A DNA stretch of 63,983 nt, the filler included, from Catajapyx aquilonaris (taxonomy: Eukaryota), in the NCBI GenBank assembly GCA_000934665.2. It is 3 parts of 3 records of this genome, joined end to end, with 100 filler letters (N's around TTAATTAATTAA, not from the genome) between each part and the next. Parts side by side here need not be neighbours in the genome. Positions count along the whole stretch, not along the records: positions 21,538 to 42,971 come from JYFJ02006055.1; 2 more parts are not named here. One strand, 5' to 3'. The position numbers and the translations under genes were made by a program. Shown piece by piece: positions 25,615 through 39,829 of this stretch. The notes beneath the pieces are model-generated. The model was not told the DNA's origin and did no database searches. It saw nothing but the letters and a program-made list of their open reading frames with translations. Every line of letters begins with the position of its first letter. Position 1 is the first letter of the stretch.

Positions 25615-28600
25615 ATGGCGTACAGCAGCGTGAATGTTAGCGTCGAAGTCCCTACCGAAAACCAAATCCATGAAATTACTTACGATGGCCAGGAGATTTA
25701 TCAGACGTAAGTAGAAAGCGTGTGTTGGTCAGTACCAGCAGGAATGTGCCATTGGCCTTATATGGGCAAGATTAAATTAACCGGCATTACAGTGGGCTGT
25801 CTAGTCCGAGATTGCAATGATTCATTGAGCATTATCATAGTAATTAAATCGAACCTCCTTGTGTATGGTTGCAACAGTTCAGTTACCATGGTAACAGCCA
25901 TTAAACCACGGCAGTCTCAGATTGCACTCGAACCTGGCTTGTTGTTCAGATGCGATGGCATGCTGGCTCTGTAGAGGCCACTGACCAGTATAGAGAATCT
26001 GAAAGTCTCGCAAGGAAAATGAGTAATGGTGCTGTAAGAGTGACCAACAGTTATACTGTGGAACATTTACAAGATTTACTAGGGAATACTAAGCCTATTT
26101 GTGTTAATCATACAGTGTAGTGCAGGAGGTAGTTAGGTGAGGTCACAGTCTTTCACCCTCCAATGGGGAAGTAGCCTTCATTTTGGAAACTACATAATAA
26201 ATTCGCCCATATTTTTTGGATTTTTTTGGCATATTCCGTTTTAAGATATCAGTTTCAGTTCCGGAGTAATTGGGGTTTTTATGTAGGGAAATGGTGACGT
26301 CACTGTTTCCCTAGAAAATGTTGACGTCACGCGAAGTGAAATGAACGCAAAAATGGTGTTATAGAACGCGCCCCGTCATTGTTATAAAACGCTTCGCTGT
26401 GGTTAGCAACCGTCCCATTCCGTGAGCAAGATAGCGGCCGGGGCGCGTTTTTACTTCACGCCGCTCAATCAGCTAAGGGGCTGGCAGTGGTGCCAACTGG
26501 CAGGAATCATCTGTCACCCGAATTCGGCACATGAAGGCCCCCTTTTCTCCACCTCGATGGCCTACAGCTGCCTTGCGAATGCTTTCCGTCGTGTCCGCGG
26601 TTAATTCAAAGTCAAATTCCTCATATCTCGCAGTCAACCAGGCATTTCAGTGCACCCTTTCGATTGGCAGCGGCGTTTTTCCCGCCAATTTTGAAGGCAC
26701 TTTTAAATGTGCCGTAATTTATCCAGTAATGTCATTTTGATGCAACAGAGTGATGGAATGTATGTTTACAGGCATGGGCTAGCTAGTTATGAACAAAAAT
26801 CCCAAATCCCAGACCAAGGCTAGTTCCCCATTAGAGCATGCACAAGAGCTTACACTTGAGTAATAATAATAATGGATACCCCATGATGGGCCTTGGGCCA
26901 TTTGTAGGAGATCGTCTTTTTAATAACCGACTTTAATAATTTGCCTGTGCTGTGAGCCTATGATGGATTTTCATTGTGGGAGGAAACGGGAGAGCCCCGA
27001 GAAGTCCACATGAACACACAGAGAACCAATCGAAAATCTTTCCACATAAGAATCCTGTCCAACTTTGGGAACGAACGTAGTACCTCAGAGGTGGAAGGCT
27101 GTGGTGCTAGCCACTATACCAGTGCTGCACTGGCCGATAAATGAAAAGACCTAGTTAGACTGTTATAGTAAACTGTGCCATTTTTAAGGAGAAAAAAATT
27201 AACCAGAAATGGTGCTTTTGTAAGGGACTCGGCCTCATTCCTATGGCATAATCGTTTCACGTACCAAGTTATAGTCAACAGCCAGGTGAGAGGAAACTGG
27301 AAACTTCCACTGTTTCCCACTGTTCAAATTTCCATGGAGATTTGAAAAGTGGGAGGTTCCAGAGGTGAATATTATTGTCACCTGCCCATTGATCATAACT
27401 TGGTACATGAGACTATTACATCACAGAAAGATTAGGCTGACTTCCCTGTAGGTGACCTAAGGAACATTGTTATGGGGCATAGCATGCAGGCAGACATTAT
27501 CGAAATGGCACGATCAACAATCATCTGCTGATGGGCAATTCCACGTGAACGTGATCACCTTTTGCATGAAAAAATTTGCCCGTCGATGAGTGTGAGATAT
27601 GTTTAGGTCCAGGTCACGTTAGGACCTTTCCCACAAGGATTTGGTCCCATGATGCGTGGTTGCCTATCTACAGGCGCTAATTGCACTTGGATCACAGTTA
27701 GAGGCGCCCCCCTATTACATTTACATGACAACGTAAATGCATGATGTAATACATGTTTCATGTGTGAAATTGTCTCCTCTTTCCGACAAAAATAGTCACT
27801 TTCCAATATCTGTACAAATTCATGTCACAAATCGACATTTTTGAAAACAAATGACATTTTCAAAAAAGTGCCAAAATCAAATGTCATCACATTGATATCA
27901 AAATGCACCTTGAAGTGTCCTCTATCAGTGGTACAAACGGAATTTTGGAATACAAAATGGTTACGGAGCTATAGGTAATGACGTGAAGCGCTGCGCTAGT
28001 GGCCACGCCCGCAGAATGAAAAGGAGCGGCCCCTAGGTCCATCTTCATGTCTCAGGTAGTGTACGCTTGTCCTTTGTGTTTAATTCACTTAAGAAAATAG
28101 TTATTATAGTTATTGTTTTAGTATATCTAGAAATATAGATCCAAATAAATTTGTTCCGCTACTGGGCAATTCCACGTGAACGTGATCACCTTTTGCACGA
28201 AAAAATTTGACTGTCGATAAGTGTCAAAGTGTGAGATATGTTTAGGTCCAGGTTAGAACCTTTCGCATAAGGATTTGGTCCGCTGATGCGTGGTTGCCTC
28301 TCTACAGGCACAAATTGTACTTTGATCACATTTACACGACAATGTAAATGCTTGATGTGATACCAGTTTCACGTGTGAAATTGTCTCCTCTTTTCGACAA
28401 AAATGCTAACTTCCTGACAGATGTGCAATTCATGGCAAAAAGAGAGAATTTTGCAAACAAATGAAATTTTTGAATCGAGAGCCAAAGTTAAATGCCATCA
28501 GTCATCACATTGATATAAAAAAATCCCCACAGTGTCCTCTACCAGCCATACAAACGGAATTTTGGCATACGCAAGGGTTACGGAGCTATAATCACTGACG

Positions 28601-31600
28601 TGGAGGGGTGCAGGAGTGCAATGGGCCCGTATGGAGCCTCAAGGAATTCCGTACAGGTCTCAACAGTGAACATTCATTTGGACTGTGACTAGGAACGAAT
28701 AGAGGAATGAACATAAAAATAAAAAGTACGCCACATGTTTCTATATTCTAAATAATCAAGCATATTTTAACACACACTTGACACTTTGTTGAACATGACA
28801 AGGGAATTTTCATTTATTCTTACTATTCTATGGTAAATTTGTTTGGAACTATTTTCTTAAGTGAATTAAACACAAAGGACAAGCGTACACTACCTGAGAC
28901 ATGAAGACTGACCTAGGTGGGCCGCTCCTTTTCATTCTGCGGGCGTGGTCACTAGCGCAGCGCTTCACGTCATTACCTATAGCTCCGTAACCATTTCGTA
29001 TTCCAAAATTCCGTTTGTACCACTGATAGAGGACACTTCAAGGTGCATTTTGATATCAATGTGATGACATTTGATTTTGGCACTTTTTTGAAAATGTAAT
29101 TTGTTTTCAAAAATGTCGATTTGTGACATGAATTTGTACAGATATCGGAAAGTGACTATTTTTGTCGGAAAGAGGAGACAATTTCACACATGAAACATGT
29201 ATTACATCATGCATTTACGTTGTCATGTAAATGTAATAGGGGGGCGCCTCTAACTGTGATCCAAGTGCAATTAGCGCCTGTAGATAGGCAACCACGCATC
29301 ATGGGACCAAATCCTTGTANGCAAAGTTCAGTACTCTGAACATGGGAATACTTGAACATCCATAAGTTACATTTTAACAGATTGGTCACAACCTCTTGGG
29401 TGGTGGGGATGTGGGAACAGGATAATCAGCCTCTGAGATAAGGAGAATTCTTTACATGAGTGGTTTAATATTTCTTTCAGTCCTCTGACCCTGTCAGAGC
29501 ATCTGACTAAATTGGCACAGAAGATTGACTTTAGTCAAGAAGATGAGGATGAGCCTCCTGGAACTCCAGATGTGGACAAAGGGGATGATGATGTTTCATC
29601 AGTCAAGGAAGCAGCACCATTTCAGCCTTCTATGTGGCCTTGGGATTCAGTTCGAACCAAGTTGAGGTAAGCCATAAACTTGAAAGAGGAGCAGAGGAGT
29701 CTCGAAAAGTGAATTTTAGACAAGCAACAGCATAAAGAAATTGAGCCCTGAAGTTGAAGCATAACTATAATGCCACGTTTACATGCGAGCGATTTGCTCA
29801 GTGAGATGAGCACTCCCTGTGTGGCAGTTTTAAGTAGGAAATGTTGCAAAATGTCGAATTTCATGTGTATTTACGCAACACCAGAATCAGTAGGTGAAAC
29901 TTATTTCAATATTTTCATCAAACATTATCAGAGCAACTTCCACTAAAAATGGTGGCAGCTTGCAGCAAAAGGATCTTGGCATGCTGTACATCCTTTGATA
30001 GTATTGCCATATTTTGTTCATTGTCTTTGTGAAGTGAGGAAATTTAGTATGGGGAAACGTGCAATGTAACAGTGATTCTGGCTTAAATTTTACACTTCAT
30101 GGCCCCCTTTCAGGGAGAAGTAATGGTTGTTATGATGAAACCTTTACCTCCTGTTGTGTTCTACAGCGTAATTTTTGGTTTCTAGTTCACTCACCTTGGG
30201 ATACAGTCAAGTAATGCAAAATACCATCCTCTTTCAGGAATGCCTCGACTGAGCTGTCTGTCTTGTATGATGTCCTTAACATTGCCAAAGAAAAGCGCTA
30301 CTTAGTTCTGGATGCAGTTCAGCAAGATCCACCTGATCCAAGGCCTGCTGTACAAGTTGCTTCTAAGAAGAAGGTTTGATAATTGGCAGGAAGTGACACA
30401 AAAGAGTCTACAGTTTGTATCATTTTCAGGCACTGGCTGGTGCTGCATCAGTGTTGGTGACAGGTGCAGAGCGCTTGAGGAACTCTCAGACTGAAATAGC
30501 CCGCAATCGTGTGGTTCCTGACTTCCACATTGAATTGTTACGGCTCCGTCAAAACTGGCGCTTGAAGAAGGTGGGAAATGCTGTTGTGGGTGATTTGAGC
30601 TACAGAACAGGTAAGTAGAATGGATATTTTGTGATAGTCTATAACAAACTAAAGCAAACTTGCAGCTGGATCACACTACTGGCAATCTGGTGTGTTTGAG
30701 GTGACTAAAGCTGACACAGATGCTGGGCAGCATACACCAAGTCCACCCTTGTCACCTGCATTAGTTCCACAAACCAGGAGCACTTCAGCTTTGCGGGTCA
30801 CAGTTCCAAGTGAACTGGAGGGAATTGCTTATATCAACGTCGTGATTCAGAAAGGTAGTATGCCTTTGCATGAATACCTCAGGCCATAGATTAATGTCAT
30901 GTTCCTGTTCTAGACCAAGAGACCCTGTGCAATGCGTCAGTAAGCCTTCCAGGGGTGGCACCAGGCGGAGCAGGATCAGAAACACATTGGCAACAAAGAC
31001 TAGAGGCTGCCCAGAATGTACTTTTCTGCAAGGAGCTTTTTGCTCAGCTGGCCCGTGAAGCAGTGGCCTTGCAAGCACCCATACCTCACCTGGTTGTTGG
31101 AAATCAAATTACAGCTTCTGTAAATATCTTTTTCCCATGCTTCAAGAGGGCATATGCTGATGGATCAAAAAATTTAATTAGGCACTTGCATATACATGCT
31201 GGTACTTTGCACATGTTGATAGTCCTCCTTTGGGTGCCAGAGGCCATCAGAGTTTGCCAACTGTGCTGATGTATGCAGACAGCATTTGTGCACCACTGCC
31301 AGCTTTGTGACTTTGCCTCTCTTGAAGGCAGGTCAGTAGGGCTGGCAACTGGGCTGGCATGAACACTGCTTACGAGGCCTTGTTTTGCAACCTTGAACAG
31401 CCTCTGTCATCCAAATGAAGCACTTCCAGCTAGGTGTTGCTACTTTTGGACCTTGAACCACCCCTCCATCAAGTCTGACAGTGGAGGGTAAAAATCCTAT
31501 ACAGGCTTATATGTAGTACATGGGATGGCAGGTTCTGGGAAGTGTAAAGTTGTATTGTTAATGCTTTTTTCAGCTGTTCCCAGGAATCCAGTTGATAATA

Positions 31601-34105
31601 GGCCTGTGCCATGGTGCAGGTAGTGGAGAGAAGAAGATTTCAATGCCACCACCTGTTAGGCCAGATCACAATCATGTGCTGGAGCATTCATTGCATCAGC
31701 TCTTGAGAGAAGTGCATCACCGCAACCTTCCCAGTGCAATCACACACCCGTCAACTGCACCTCTCGGGGTGATGAAGCGGAGGAGGCTGGCAGGTCCACT
31801 GGCAACTGATCGGCATGATCTTCTGCAAATGGCAAAGAGGTTTGTGGTTGACCTTCCAACAGCTAATCATTATGATGGAATGTGCCTTATTTGCAGTGAG
31901 ACACTTCTGGAGCAGATTATAAAGCAGGCTCAACATGTAGTGCTGCGCTTGAGGACCATGTATGTTATTGATACACTGGCCAGAGAGATTCGTGACCCTC
32001 TTATTGTGTCACATTGGAATGCTCTCACCTCGGCCACACAATCATGTGTCAAGCTGAACATCATCACCCATGGGTATGATTCTGTGTGGCGTACATCACT
32101 GGTCATCCATGTGGGAGAAAGGACACTCAAGTGCGTCTGTCGAGATGGACGTGTCATGCACATGTCCTATGAGCCTCAGGAGCTACGAGATCTCATCTTA
32201 TGTCAGGTCAGCTCCAATTAAATATCTCAAACTGAAGTTAAGAAAAGAATAATGGAGTACGCAATGAACTCTTGGATCACCCATACTGGAACCTCCTTTG
32301 CAAATTTCACCTCTTTGCATTAATTGAGACAGATCTTTGCTAAAAATATTCATTTCTTAGCAGATGTGATTATACCACTGCTGACTAGTGAGTTCCATTA
32401 ACTTGATGGTATAGTTGTGAGTTTACCAATTAATGGCAAGTTTGCCCCAAGATTTTGACCAGACAGCAGAATGTGAAAGTCATTCACTTACTTGATGCTG
32501 ATGATGGAAATGCGTTATTTTTGATTTGCAGATATCACAACACCAAGTAACAGCAGTGCAGTCGTTATCAAAGTACATGGGATGGCAGGTGCTTGCCAGT
32601 TCACCTCACGTAGGTCTGGGAACCTTGGAGAATTTGGGTAATGCCAGCAGTTGCCTGTTGGCATCTCCTACGGGTGACAGGTCAGTAGGTTGCAGTTAGT
32701 TAGCCACTGGAGCTAATCAAATATAAGCAAACACTGGTTTTTCGTCCACTATTAGTCTGTTATTATAGTGAAACCTGTAAGGTGGGAGCTCTATATTTTG
32801 TAAAAAACTGTAAAATTCTATAATAGACAAGTTTCATCTCTGTTGTGCAATAGGCAAAATAATAATATTAGGTCTATGCAAAAGTTCGTGTGGTTTTTAG
32901 GGAAAAGCAAAAATCTGTGAAACTGGTTTGCAAAACATTTACAGTAAAACTTCTATAAGTCGAATCTCCATGGGACCGGGAAAAAACTTCGAGTTATAGA
33001 AGATTCGAGTTAGAGAAGTTTGGGATTTTTTAAAGCACAGAACTCTATCAGGAAGCCTACCTTTATATCCCGGGACGAAAAGTTTTCAAAACTTAAAAAT
33101 AACTGTCACTATCACACTTACAATGTTCCTTGTTGTTTTGTTGTTCAAAAAAACTCTGTTATGGACATTTGCCTACTCTTAGATTCAAGGATTCAACTAT
33201 CACAATCGAGTCAAGTTACACTTCTTTGGTTAAGTCTGGTAGACGGAGACCAGGAAATTGAGCCTTTCTGTACATGTGGCCTACTCTCCACCCTTCGGAT
33301 GGGAAATAAGAAAATTTTCCTTACTCCCCAACATGAACTTCGACTTAGGGAGACTGAAAATGCATTGAAATCCCGTCGTAAGAATAATTGGACTTCGAGT
33401 TATAGAAATTCGAGTTAGGGAAGTTTATTTCCTATTATTTTACATTGTGACCAACCAAGCTCATCATTTTATTCGACTTATAGAGAACTTCGACTTACAG
33501 AAGTTTTACTGTATTAATGTTTTTATGACGCAGTCCGGTAACTTTTTGATCACTCATCGTAAAACAAATATGATTACACTTTGTACAGTGAATTTCTGTT
33601 GTGTCTGGTAATAATTGCTGTCTGTTTATCTGTCTGTCTGTTTATCTCAGTAACTGTTCAGCAGAGACCCATGATGTGACTACTTAAAATTAACGCCTGG
33701 AACCCCTTTATCATCCCCAAAACCGACCGTACGCTAAATTTCTTCACCTTATATATATAATCTGCTAGACACAGGTTTTACTGTCGTATGCTTTCTCTCA
33801 TAAGCTTCCTTGTCGAGACCCATTTTTGGCCCTACTACTAACTAGCAATAGGATATAAAAGCCTATTCTTAACTGGACAGTTTGTTTTTCACAGGACCAT
33901 AGCAATCCGCAACAGCCCGCAGACTGGTGTGTCTGTGTCAGTTGCACATGCCCCTCGCAAGGACTTCTTTCCCGGACAGCTGGTTCGTGACAGGAAGTGG
34001 GAGAATTTGGGTGGACCTTTCCGGGAGGTGCGCTGGGATCGCATGGAAGGGCGTAACAACTTGAACAAGATGGAGTTGCTAATGGCAAGCCTGACTACAA
34101 GCTAA
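25615..34105 (+). CDS. MED17: Mediator of RNA polymerase II transcription subunit 17, 10 coding exons
   Basis: Exons 25615-25706, 29481-29666, 30238-30373, 30430-30610, 30666-30854, 30914-31119, 31574-31839, 31897-32206, 32532-32680 and 33895-34105. Motifs [86 protein letters not shown]. Probable 5'UTR intron at 25428-25519. Confidence 0.95.
26865..27135 (-). mobile_element. SINE family C copy in MED17 intron 1
   Basis: Shares CCTCAGAGGTGGAAGGCTGTGG with the 1-96 copy. (TTA)n tail near 26865. Confidence 0.65.
27532..29318. mobile_element. Long-TIR DNA element with a nested diverged relative, in MED17 intron 1
   Basis: 27633-28102 is a near-identical inverted copy of 28847-29318. The terminus TGGGCAATTCCACGTGAACGTGATCACC occurs at 27533 and again at 28163, followed by a diverged direct copy to about 28610. 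The right end is broken at the single N at 29320. Confidence 0.8.
32942..33511. mobile_element. pogo/Tigger-like MITE in MED17 intron 9
   Basis: TA|CAGTAAAACTTCTATAAGTCGAA ... TTCGACTTACAGAAGTTTTACTG|TA, with internal TTCGAGTTA repeats. Confidence 0.85.
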
Positions 34106-34422
34106 GGAGGATGTTTTCAACTCTGCTGTGCAGTACTATCACATCAGGAAAGTTCAGTTTCAAGACCAAATTATTTTAGGTACAATAATAAAATATGCAA
34201 CCTACACACTGTACATACATATACAACATATACATACGTATAAGCATGTAAATACATACATACACAACGTGTACATACAACAAAGCCAGAATCACAAGCC
34301 AAACTATGCATGCAAATAAAGCATTAAGATGGATGGAAGTTGAAAAAATATTTGCTGTCTTCAGAAATGTGAGTCATTCACAAAACAAACCAAGGCCATA
34401 GTAAATTTCTGAATGGGTTTCT

Positions 34423-35029
34423 TCTACACAAGACGAAGGTGGTATCTCTCTATTGTTATGATGCACTGGCAGGTGGCAATTCGATCACGTGACGCCATGG
34501 CAGTGTGCCTTTGTTCAGTCAGAGATAGAAACAACAAACATTGAGAAGCATGGGATAATCTGTTTTTTAACTGCAGAAGGTGTTGGGAGAACAAAAGTCC
34601 ATCACGGCATCGCCGGCATGAGTACGATGAACAAAAATTGTGTATCTTTGTCACATGTTAAAGCCTGGAGTAAGGCATTCTGAGAGTGGCAGTCATTGTT
34701 GACTGATGATTTCAAGTTCAGGCAAGCAAACCTTACAGTCACTGATGTTTCTGTTGTGGTAGCCTCATTCAGCAAAAGAAGAAAAATCATGTTGGAAACA
34801 CTTACCGAAAAAGCTGGAATTAGTGTTGGGAGTGTGGCCACCATTATCCTGGATCATCTGCAAGTATTGTAAGATTTGCAGGCAGTGGGTTTGTTGCTTG
34901 AATCCTGACTGGATGGTATTTTTGGTGCAGGGTCCTGAACAAATGCACACTGCCACTGTGTCACATGATCAAATCTCCACCTGTCAGTGCATCATGACAC
35001 AACAGAGGTACCACCTTTGTTTGTGTAGA
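34423..35029 (+). mobile_element. Internally deleted mariner element with a transposase N-terminal relic
   Basis: Inverted ends of about 85 bp. Degenerate IICFLTAEGV...VKAWSKAF...AGISVGSVATIILDHL...KICRQWV, corresponding to the HTH domains and WVPxxL motif. No DD34D domain. Confidence 0.8.
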
Positions 35030-35369
35030 AGCTGCTGTGAGAAACTGATGTGGCAGTTTGCTATGACCTGGGCTCATTTTCACTGGAATGACTCATAGAT
35101 TGGCTGGGATAAAACTGACGATCAGTACCAAGTGTAAGCTTTTTATTGGAATGCTTAAAAGTGCACAACTCTTGAAGTTGGTCAGTTGTATCTAGAGATA
35201 AACTAATATGTGGTACAATGACAAGCCAATTATAAACCAGCTAACTCAGCCTGGTGGTTGGAAAAATGCAGTAGAACTAACTAAACATCGTAGAGCTGTC
35301 ATTTCCAAGTTTCATGGTTAACATTGGCAAGTGAAGTGCATGGCGAGACTCAAGTTGTGTATGGGCGGC

Positions 35370-35600
35370 AGGATTTTCTAATGGCTAATGTCACAGCTTT
35401 CCACCTCTGAGGTCACATGTTCAATCTCCAGGTCAGACAGATTTCTCGTGTGGAAAGAGTTGGGAGAGGTTCTCTCCATGTTCGTGTGAGTTTTTCTCAG
35501 GGGTTCTCCCATTCCAAAAATCTCTCTTCCCCTCTCGGCCTCCCTTACGTCATATAATCTTGGTTGCTTTGGCTCCCCCAACCAACCTCAAGGTGTGCCA
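35370..35600 (+). mobile_element. SINE family C degenerate copy
   Basis: CTTTCCACCTCTGAGGTC head followed by the GTGTGGAAAGAG...GGGTTCTCCC core. Confidence 0.6.
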
Positions 35601-36174
35601 TTACATATTTGAAGCATTATAATTGTTCATACTTCTCAAACAGCATGTGGCGATTTTTTTAAAGGCTGTTTCATCATCTCGTAGTTATTTAACCAGTGCA
35701 GTGAAATCATGGATATTCCCAACTACAGTACTTCTGGTTCTGGGAAAATGTTCTCAATTGTGAATTCAGCAGCAACTGGGAATTGGAGGAGTGGATCATG
35801 CACTAACACTGAAATTTGCTGCCAGTTCCCTTAAAGGGTGAGGCTCAGCAAGACTTCCTTCTGGTCCATTGGCTCAAATATAATTATCAATCCAAGCTGA
35901 GAAAGTTGTAGTCATTGTTCCAGAGAAGGCTGGGAGGAGCACAACCATAACTACAGCAGTACCACCTTACATTATTATGCATTAAACATTTATGGTAATG
36001 ATGATAGGCGGCGCATCATTTAACTATATTTCAAGCTGAATGCTCAATCTCTGTACTACGTGCAAGGGTGTTGCAGACAGGGTATGCGAGTATATGATGT
36101 ATACCCAACAAGAAAAACCTAAATGTGAGGCTGTATGCAATACCTTATGCCCTGTAAATCATAATTATGTAATA

Positions 36175-36607
36175 CAGTTGAATCAGGATATAACAGACTT
36201 CAAAGGACTGAGGAGATCAGTCTGTTATGACCAAGGTCTGTTATAGCCAAATCATCACTTGCAACGGATATACACAAAGTTTTCTGCTTTCCATATTATG
36301 CTGATAATGCACACTATTACATAGTGATTAATGAAAATAATAGAAAAATGCAATATTAGCTCAGCCGGAAATTATGCAGGAACAAAAAATAATCCTCCAT
36401 TTTTTTCTGCTGTCTCCTTTTTGCCAATTTTATACCAGAGAAAGCATATTTTCCCTTCAAGGGGCCAAGAAAATGGTCTGTTATACCCGGGGTGAGGTGA
36501 AAATGAGTGTTATATCAGATTTAAAAATACACAGACCTTATGGAAGTTTCCCAGGACCGGCCTTTTGAGTCTGTTATAGCCGAGGCTGTTATATTCAGAT
36601 TCAACTG
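36175..36607. mobile_element. pogo/Tigger-like MITE
   Basis: TA|CAGTTGAATCAGGATATAACAG ... CTGTTATATTCAGATTCAACTG|TA. Confidence 0.8.
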
Positions 36608-38526
36608 TATAATATAATGCCGGTGTATAAAGTACAGAACTGTAGTAGGTAATCATGATTTAGGTTGACCCAGTGGGGAAGAACACTACGGTACTTTGTT
36701 AGGCCTTTTCACTATTAGTGTATACCCTAGCAAAATTTTCCCACGACACCTCTCACTACATGTCCAGGTTTTCCAGTAATAAACTGCTGGCCACTACTTT
36801 CTTTCCCATCCATATAATTGTGATACTTGGTCATTTTTACTAGACGTATACCTACTATGTATATTTTGAAATCAGGTCACCAACATTTGTATTTATAGTT
36901 GCCTTTATAAATTGTCTCATGATTTTATTACACCAATCATACGATCAATATTTATGTTGATACTATCAGTGGAACCCATTCGTCGCACAGCCTGTTTCTG
37001 TGGTAATGTAATCAATAACACTCAATCATTGTTGATACCATGGCACCTTGTTACCAAAGAAGCCCATTGACATGATAACCAAACCTGGACAGACAAACGA
37101 ACTTTGCCTTTTATAATAATATAGAGATTTTGATGTATTGTGTTCTTTGTGTTAATTATTTAGGATCCATTTGGTAAGCCCTGAAACGCAATAAAGACTA
37201 AGAGTGAAGGAGTTACTGTATGCAACAACTTGATTGGTGTCCCTGTCATTTCATTAGTTCCATGTTTAACTCCACTGTTTTATTTTCAGAGAAAGATAAT
37301 GCATCAATATTGCAGTGAACTAGTATTATCTATCCTGAGGCATAAGGCAGGACCCCACCCACCACCTTATCTGAATATGTGAACCACTCTGGATCACTCA
37401 CTGTGGCAACTAACAGTGAGTGTGATAAGTTCTGCAATAAGTTGCATTGCATATGATTATTTCCAAGGTACCTGCTGTCAAATGCATAGCATGTCATGAC
37501 AACTCTGCAGCTTTCCAAATCTCAAATCACCCTCACGTCAGTTATTGCAGTGGATTCTTAGTAAGCCACATTCAGATAACGCGGTGTGTGGAATTCTCCT
37601 TATGCTTTGGCATGGAGCAATGGTTTTCAAACTGGGGTACGCAAACACAATTTTGGAGGTACATGAAAGATATCAAGTATTGGCATCCAGTCTCCATTTG
37701 TGGGAACCATAATATTCTGCTTCAACAAGAATGAACCAACTTCTGGAAAAAACACGAAAAATGGTCCTACCCATTCCTATCATTCCTTTTGGTATTACTT
37801 ATTGAAGATTGATTATATCCCGAGGCATTTTCTGACTAATCCATTTTCATTCAACACGCTCCTTGAAACTTAAGCAACATGTTAGTGTTAACTCGAAAAT
37901 GCCAAAAAGTGAACTAAAGCCCTTTTCGTAACAACAGAATCAATTGAGTGGCTGAGAAGCAGAGTGTGGTTCATGTCGAAATTCGGCAATTTTGAGTTGT
38001 CGCTTGCATGGCATTCCCCATGCCCAACTCTGTTTTGTAACTTGGCCTAAAGACGTTTGTAATATTTGCTATCAAATCATTAAGTTAATGTGACTTACTT
38101 TTACCATGGCTGCAAAGGCAAGCCTAGAACTTTGCATGCGTTTATCTCAAAACTATCTTTTTCGACATTAACCATTCTGCTTCTCAGACACTCAATTCTA
38201 CAATAGTGCTTTGCTACAGTATGCTGTGACAGTTTTGAAAATAAACTCTGACTGCACAAAAAATTAAGAGTCTCACCTAATGAAATGGAGGGCTTCAAAG
38301 CATCACCGCCAATACTAGAGTGTATGTCATGTGAAAAACAAAATCGAAGGAAGGATCAGAAAATTCCATTTTTGGGACAGTTGTGTAACAGCTTCCAAGA
38401 ATTTCAAAGCAACAGTGTAGGCCCAGTGGAGCTCAGCATCCAAGGAAACATATTGGAACACATTAATCAATTGGCGCGGCGCAACAGTATGTTATAAATT
38501 ATTTTTCCGAGAGGGACATGCCAATC

Positions 38527-39443
38527 CAGGTGAATACCTATAGGGGGGTTAGGCATTCAAACCCCTACAACCGCAACAATGCCGAAAGAGTTGGGTTAGT
38601 TTTGTGAAAAGATCTATCCATTTCATATAAGTGCAGGATGTGGAAAAATGGTTTTGTAGTGCCTAAATTTGCCTGCGTTGTGGTTTTGCAAACTATTTTG
38701 CATATTCTGGCATTTTGCGCCTTTTCCTGCCTATTTGGCCTTATTTGGTGATGGTTTTTTCACTTTTTGAAGCAATTTCGATTTCGGGACTTTTTGGCCC
38801 TATTCCGAACCTATTCCTTCAGAGGCATATTTGTTTCTTGCGTAGTATTTTTTGTGCTTCTGAAAGGACCAAAATTGTTCAGAAGTAATATCATCATACG
38901 AATCATGTTGCCGCGACTCGTATGAGTCGAAAGGTGGTTCCAATCAAGAAAATTTAGAAAAATATTTTGTAACATCTATACTATGCAAGTGGAAATGCGC
39001 TGTAAGCGGTGTACAGTCGAGTCCAGAGCAAGTGATACTTGCTTGAATTTTGTGTCTATTGCCCAAGTTTTGTGATTTTCTGTCTTGACAGAAAATCACA
39101 AATCGTTGTTGTTCAGTTTTTGCTCTGGTTTGTGACCTTATACATTTTACTTCAGGCCTTTACATTGCTTTTTTATGTAACATCCTCCATATGCCCGCAA
39201 AAGTAACATTTTTGTGCATATTTGAGGTTTTTTCGTGCCTAAAAATTCGGACTCTAATTATACCCTATCTGTAATGAAAAGTAATGCTTTTGTCACTTTC
39301 TGCGTTACATTGATTGCTCTTGTAGTGGATGTCCTCATTCCTCATTCCAGAGTAACAGTATTAATTTTGTATTACATTCTTAAATCGAAAATGTATGGGG
39401 TGCCTGGCAAACCCTCCCTATGAAAATTTCCTAGGTATGCCTG
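38527..39443. mobile_element. Non-autonomous hAT-like element
   Basis: Exact 8-bp TSD TGCCAATC at 38519-38526 and 39444-39451. Imperfect TIR CAGG..ATACCTA / TAGGTATGCCTG. Confidence 0.7.
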
Positions 39444-39829
39444 TGCCAATCAATTGCATCAGCACAGCTTGAGATTTCTTTACCCCTCCTGAGCATGTCA
39501 GTGCAAAATCATTAAAAGATCACCAAAATTTCTATATTGGGGAGTTTGAAATTTGAAAAATCCCTTGTGAATTTTTGGGCTGAAAAAATTGAAGACTATG
39601 ATGCCTGGCAATCTGTGCTCTGAAGTGTACTTAATGCCATTTACTGCCTAATTATGTGAAGCTGTTTTTTTGGCATTATTGTCCATGAACACAAAGTACC
39701 ATCATCGACTGTGTTGAGAAAGATCTCAGGCTTAAATATTGATGCCACTAGTCTTGTCTCCAAAATTATCCATAAAAAATGTGAACGAAACCAAGCACCC
39801 CGATCACTGATAAGTGCTCACAATTACTA

